From IMG/VR virus record IMGVR_UViG_3300027861_004723: 64,000 bases of DNA. The stretch is one strand, 5' to 3'. A program made the translations under genes and the position numbers. The number at the start of each line of letters is the position of its first letter. Positions within the stretch are counted from its first letter, which is position 1. Of this stretch, positions 63,926 through 64,000 are shown piece after piece. Source of the stretch: an uncultured virus (IMG/VR IMGVR_UViG_3300027861_004723). Lineage: Duplodnaviria; Heunggongvirae; Uroviricota; Caudoviricetes. Under the pieces are notes generated by a model that was not told where the DNA came from, ran no database searches, and saw only the letters and a program-made list of their open reading frames with translations.

Positions 63926-64000
63926 AACAGGTTTATGGATCAAACCCAAAACAACCCAAACGGGCTAAACGCTCACTGGCAAAACATCTTTGAGGTGCTG

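Noticed and set aside
1..64000. Genome-wide TGA reassignment (code 4 or 25)
   Set aside because: Many genes end in TGA with ATGA overlaps and long genes are intact in code 11; only two mid-gene TGAs were found.
46590..64000. CRISPR array
   Set aside because: Repeats are degenerate, irregularly spaced and separated by genes or promoters; no cas genes seen.
1..64000. tRNA, tmRNA or rRNA genes
   Set aside because: No cloverleaf with a T-loop consensus was recognised by eye; tRNAscan-SE or ARAGORN would be decisive.

Overview
This window looks like part of a large (probably jumbo) dsDNA bacteriophage genome in the standard genetic code. It has densely packed short ORFs, no ribosomal or core cell genes, and no capsid, terminase or polymerase gene that I can recognise. 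From 1 to about 46.3 kb (lower GC) it encodes an SF2 helicase, asnB, an HUH Rep-like protein, a CCA-adding enzyme, an Rnl2-type RNA ligase, LRAT-like and SprT-like proteases, Nudix, NADAR and DUF2441 proteins, Cys-rich paralogues and many orphans. About 46.5-47.6 kb is a non-coding repeat block. From 47.6 to 64 kb (higher GC) is an early, host-takeover-like array of roughly 25 related sigma70 promoters, each driving one or two small genes. The most unusual signals are: (1) a recurrent [Y/R]-R-x-N-P tag at the N-termini and domain borders of about 12 unrelated proteins, a candidate capsid-sorting or processing system; (2) two ORFs with an in-frame TGA followed by SECIS-like hairpins, candidate phage selenoproteins; (3) leaderless genes with a -10 box almost always exactly 6 nt before the start codon; (4) a covarying hairpin followed by TTAGRGYGATG, six copies; (5) a dispersed (AAAGATC)n-AGCGC site, 13 copies; (6) short fragments of metG and of a translational GTPase at apparent breakpoints. 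All family assignments come from motif recognition by eye, not from database searches.
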